Source: Myxococcales bacterium
GTDB lineage: Bacteria > Myxococcota > Myxococcia > Myxococcales > Anaeromyxobacteraceae
Assembly: GCA_038320275.1 (NCBI GenBank)
Contig: JBBQEB010000033.1
Coordinates: 1-27,953, forward strand
Reading direction: 5' to 3'
DNA: 27,953 nucleotides
Shown here: piece by piece, positions 24,622-27,953 of the stretch
Position numbering within the stretch: the first letter of the stretch is position 1
Layout of the letters: each line of letters begins with the position of its first letter
Made by a program: the position numbers and the translations under genes
Notes under the pieces: model-generated
The model's database searches: none
The model's input: the letters and a program-made list of their open reading frames with translations, nothing else
What the model was told of the DNA's origin: nothing

Positions 24622-25398
24622 ATGCCGCTCCTCGGTCCCAACTCTCCGGACGCGCGGCGCGAGAAGCTACGCAGTGCCGCCGAGGCGCTGGAGACGCTGG
24701 TCCTGAAGAGCCTCGTCACCTCCAGCCGCGCCTTCTCCGGCGGCGAGAGCGCCGGCAGCGGCATCCGCGCCGACATGTTCGCCGACGCGCTCGCGGGAGC
24801 GATGGTGAAGGGGGGAGGCATCGGGCTGACCCGTCAGATCCTGCGGACGATGGGGGAGGCGGACGCGAACGCGAACCCCAGGTCGACCCCGAACCCGACC
24901 GCGACCCTGGCCTCGACCCCGCTCCCGGCCCCGACCGGCGCCCTCCGGCCTGGCTCCGACCTCTCCACCTCCCCCGCCGACGCCCTGCACGGCGCCGCGC
25001 GCGTCACGAGTCCCTTCGGCCTGCGCGCCGACCCCTTCGACGGACATCTGGCGCGTCACGCGGGCGTCGACCTGGCGGCGGGCGAGGGTGAGCCCATCCT
25101 GGCTGCCCGCGGCGGCGTGGTCCGCAGCGCCGGCCCGCGCGGCGGCTATGGCAACGCGGTGGAGGTCGATCACGGAGACGGGCTCACCACCCTGTACGCG
25201 CACGCCTCCGAGCTGCTCGTCCGGGAGGGTGATCGCGTCGAGCCGGGCCAGCCGCTCGGGAAGGTGGGGCACACCGGCCGAGCCACAGGTGCCCACCTCC
25301 ACTTCGAGGTGCGCAAGGGTGGCATGGCCGTCGACCCGACACGCGCCCTTAAGAACTACGCCCGCCGTGTCGAAGAGTCTCTCGGTAGCAGTTCCTGA
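24622..25398 (+). CDS. flgJ: FlgJ rod-binding domain fused to M23 metallo-endopeptidase
   Basis: N-terminal KLRSAAEALETLVLKSL..DMFADALAGAMVKGGGIGL (Rod-binding like); M23 motifs HAGVD, GYGN, YAH, HLHFEV; canonical flgJ position between flgI and flgM. Confidence 0.8.
   Translation: MPLLGPNSPDARREKLRSAAEALETLVLKSLVTSSRAFSGGESAGSGIRADMFADALAGAMVKGGGIGLTRQILRTMGEADANANPRSTPNPTATLASTPLPAPTGALRPGSDLSTSPADALHGAARVTSPFGLRADPFDGHLARHAGVDLAAGEGEPILAARGGVVRSAGPRGGYGNAVEVDHGDGLTTLYAHASELLVREGDRVEPGQPLGKVGHTGRATGAHLHFEVRKGGMAVDPTRALKNYARRVEESLGSSS
24862..24936 (+). repeat. TCGACC-family repeat encoding the FlgJ-M23 linker
   Basis: gacgcgaacgcgaaccccaggtcgaccccgaacccgaccgcgaccctggcctcgacccc = DANANPRSTPNPTATLASTP. 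Confidence 0.6.
25350..25376 (+). promoter_or_regulatory. Putative sigma28 promoter for flgM-flgN-flgK-flgL
   Basis: TAAG-N15-GTCGAAGA versus consensus TAAA-N15-GCCGATAA; ends 40 bp upstream of flgM ATG. Confidence 0.6.
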
Positions 25399-25415
25399 CC
25401 GAGAGGAGGTCGGCG

Positions 25416-25721
25416 ATGAAAGTCGCGGACCCAGGCAACATCACAGCGCTTTCGATGGTAAAGCCCGCCGAGCTGGCCCGCAGTCCCTTCACGGGATCGC
25501 GGGACGCAAAGGACCGGGTCTCCACGGCCGACAGCGCCAAGATCGCGGCGGCCATCTCGCGGGCCGGCCAGGGCGCCGGTGCGGCACGCTCGGCGAAGCT
25601 CGCCAGCATCGAGGCCGCCGTGCGCCAGGGTACCTACCGCCCGGACCCGCAGCGCATCGCCCAGGAGATCCTGAACGACGCGGAGCTGGCGGCGAAGTTG
25701 CAGTCGATGTTCCAGAAGTGA
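25416..25721 (+). CDS. flgM: Anti-sigma28 factor FlgM
   Basis: DRVS motif; RSAKLASIEAAVRQGTYRPDPQRIAQEIL; AGGAGG RBS. Confidence 0.88.
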   Translation: MKVADPGNITALSMVKPAELARSPFTGSRDAKDRVSTADSAKIAAAISRAGQGAGAARSAKLASIEAAVRQGTYRPDPQRIAQEILNDAELAAKLQSMFQK

Positions 25722-25787
25722 CCTCCGACAGGTGACGCAACCGGGGGGAATGGCGCACAGCGGAGCGCCAGGGAGACGTGAAGCGAC

Positions 25788-26261
25788 ATGGACCTCCAGA
25801 ATGCCCTCGCCTCCGCCGAGCACCTACGCGGCGCCCTCACCGCCGAGGTCGAGCGCGCCCGCGGCGAGCGACAGCTCTTGCGGAGCCTGGACGCCGCCGG
25901 GCTCTTCGCCCGAGCCTCCGAGCGGAGCGCGTTCGTGGCCGAGGTCGCCCGGCACGAGCGGGCGCTGACCATCTCAATCGCCCGCGCCGCGGGTCAGCTC
26001 GGCCTCACCACCGTCAGCCTCGAGGCCATCCGCCTCCGGGCGCCGCGCGAGGGCGCCGCGCTCCAGGCCGTCGTCTCCGACGTGCGGGCCCTCGCCGGCG
26101 CGCTGAAGGAGATCGACAGCCTCAACCTCCAGCTCGCCGGGCGCGCGCTCTCCTGCGTCAGGGGCTACGTCGAGGCGCTCTCGCCCACCCCCCGCACCTA
26201 CGACCGCCGCGGCGGCCGTTCCTCGGCCCCGGCGCTCGCCATGGTCTCGACGAAAGGATAG
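25788..26261 (+). CDS. flgN: Flagellar export chaperone FlgN
   Basis: Helical; LN..L..RAL..V and C-terminal TYDRRG; lies between flgM and flgK. Confidence 0.8.
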   Translation: MDLQNALASAEHLRGALTAEVERARGERQLLRSLDAAGLFARASERSAFVAEVARHERALTISIARAAGQLGLTTVSLEAIRLRAPREGAALQAVVSDVRALAGALKEIDSLNLQLAGRALSCVRGYVEALSPTPRTYDRRGGRSSAPALAMVSTKG

Positions 26262-26264
26262 CCG

Positions 26265-27665
26265 ATGGGCGACCTCAACTCGATCCTCTCCGGCGCGCAG
26301 TCGAGCCTCGCGGCTCAGCGCGGGCTCACCGCCACCGCGAGCCACAACATCGACAACGCCAACACCCCCGGGTACGCGCGCCAGCGCGCGAATCTCCAGG
26401 CGCTCTCCCCGGCCGAGCAGGTGAACGGAGCCTTCATCGGCCGCGGAGCCACGCTCGGCAGCGTGACCCAGGCCCGCGACCTCTTCCTCGAGAGGCAGAT
26501 GCCGCAGGCGCTGGGGAGCGCCGCCTTCTCCACCGCGGAGTCGGACGCGCTGCAGAGCTTTCACGGGCTCGACCCGCAGGCGCCCGGCGGGCTTTCCGAC
26601 GCGCTCTCCGGGTTCTACTCCGGCCTGCGCGCCCTCTCCCAGAACCCGGGCGATCCCGGCCTGCGGGCCTCCCTGGTGGGCGCAGCCAGCGTGCTCGCGG
26701 GCAGCTTCAACCGGACCGCCAGCGGTGTAGAGGCGGCCCGCACCGGGCTCGACGCCCAGGTGGCGGGCTTCACCGAGTCCGTGAACGGCGAGGCGACCGC
26801 GGTGGCCGCGCTCAACGCGCAGATCCACCAGGCGCGAGCCTCGGGCGCAGAGCCCAACGACCTCCTCGACGAGCGGCAGCAGCACCTCGATGCCCTGGCC
26901 GAGCTCACCGGCGCGTCGCAGGTCCCCACCTCCGGCGGCGACGTGAACGTGGTGCTCGGCTCGGGCGCTGCCCTCGTCTCCGGCGCAAAGGCGGGCAAGC
27001 TGTCCTCCGCGCCCGACCCGGCCAACCGCGGCCACCTCGCGCTCACCCTGAACCAGCTTGACGGCTCCAGCGCGGCGCTCGACGGCTCGAAGGTCGGCGG
27101 CTCGCTGGGGGGCTCGCTCCAGGCGCGCGACGGTGCCTTGAAGGCTGCGGGCGTGGACGTGAACGCGCTCGCGAAAAGCGTTGGCACCGCCCTCAACGCG
27201 GTGCACGCCACGGGCGCAGGACTCGACGGCAGCACAGGGCTGCAGCTCTTCGACCTCGGCGCCGCCCCCGGCCAGGAGGCCGAGAACCTCACGCTGAACT
27301 CCGCCATCCTCCAGGATCCCCGCAAGCTCGCCGCCGGGGCCGTTCCGGGGGCCGGTGGCCCGGCCGCCTCGGGCGACTCCACGAACCTCCAGGCGCTCCT
27401 CGGGAGCGAGGCCACCCTCGGCGTCCAGGGCGCCATCGCGAACATGACAGCCGCGTTCGGCGGGGCGACCGCGACCGCCAAGGCCTCCGCGGGCCAGGAT
27501 GCTGCGCTGAAGGACCATCTCACCGGGATGCGTGACTCCTTCTCGGGCGTCTCCATCGACGAGGAGGTCATCGCGATGCAGCAGGCGCAGCGGGGCTACG
27601 AGGCCATCACCAAGGTCATCAAGACGGCCGACGAGATGATGCAGACGCTGATGAACATCCGGTAG
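26265..27665 (+). CDS. flgK: Hook-associated protein FlgK
   Basis: TASHNIDNANTPGYARQR; PNDLLDER; SGVSIDEEV..QRGYEAITKVIKTADEMMQTL. Confidence 0.95.
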   Translation: MGDLNSILSGAQSSLAAQRGLTATASHNIDNANTPGYARQRANLQALSPAEQVNGAFIGRGATLGSVTQARDLFLERQMPQALGSAAFSTAESDALQSFHGLDPQAPGGLSDALSGFYSGLRALSQNPGDPGLRASLVGAASVLAGSFNRTASGVEAARTGLDAQVAGFTESVNGEATAVAALNAQIHQARASGAEPNDLLDERQQHLDALAELTGASQVPTSGGDVNVVLGSGAALVSGAKAGKLSSAPDPANRGHLALTLNQLDGSSAALDGSKVGGSLGGSLQARDGALKAAGVDVNALAKSVGTALNAVHATGAGLDGSTGLQLFDLGAAPGQEAENLTLNSAILQDPRKLAAGAVPGAGGPAASGDSTNLQALLGSEATLGVQGAIANMTAAFGGATATAKASAGQDAALKDHLTGMRDSFSGVSIDEEVIAMQQAQRGYEAITKVIKTADEMMQTLMNIR

Positions 27666-27674
27666 GAGGCTCCC

Positions 27675-27953
27675 GTGCGCGTCACCGATTCGCTCGTCTT
27701 CCACAACGCCACCCGGAACACCGCTCGCGCCCGCGAGGCAGCGCAGTCCGCGGCCGACGTCGCCTCCACCGGGACCAAGCTCGTGCATCCCGGCGACGAC
27801 CCGGCGGCCGCCAGCATGGTCTCCGCGCTCCGGCTCGCCAGCGGGCGCTACGAGGCCATCGGCAAGAGCGCTGGCGCCGCCTCGGACGAGCTCGCCGGGG
27901 CGGACGCCGCGCTCGACGGCGTCTCCACCGCGCTCTCCCGCGAGCGGGAGCTG
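27675..27953 (+). CDS. flgL: Hook-associated protein FlgL (5' part, runs off window)
   Basis: Not in ORF track; GTG 27675 after AGGAGG: MRVTDSLVFHNATRN..ASTGTKLVHPGDDPAAA (flagellin-N family); directly follows flgK. Confidence 0.85.
   Translation, partial: MRVTDSLVFHNATRNTARAREAAQSAADVASTGTKLVHPGDDPAAASMVSALRLASGRYEAIGKSAGAASDELAGADAALDGVSTALSREREL

Noticed and set aside
25722..25787. Terminator or promoter between flgM and flgN
   Set aside because: No stem with a U-tract, and TGGCGC is not followed by GC at N10 spacing

Overview
Very GC-rich bacterial DNA holding most of an apparently intact flagellar/chemotaxis supercluster. Gene style, sigma54 use and Thr/Ser hexamer repeats suggest an Anaeromyxobacter-like Myxococcota (inference). 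Left, minus strand: cheY-cheA (two His-bearing Hpt domains)-cheW-MCP (poly-HAMP, truncated by the window edge). Divergent on plus: cheX, a REC-REC-STAS-like protein and an HDOD protein. Next come fliL-M-N-O-P-Q-R-flhB-flhA-flhF-flhG-fliA, a GT2/TPR glycosyltransferase, an unknown secreted protein and an inverted fliJ. The window ends with flgF-G-A-H-I-(FlgJ rod-binding/M23 fusion)-flgM-flgN-flgK-flgL (partial). Non-genic features read from the sequence: four sigma54-type promoters, a sigma28-type promoter inside the M23 gene, a 17-bp motif shared upstream of two sigma54 promoters, a ~179-bp MITE-like element at the fliP stop/fliQ start junction, and a dispersed TCGACC/GGTCG repeat family found both between genes and inside protein linkers. 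The best candidates for undescribed biology are the CheX/REC-REC-STAS/HDOD module, the repeat family and the MITE. All calls come from motif reading; no database searches were run.
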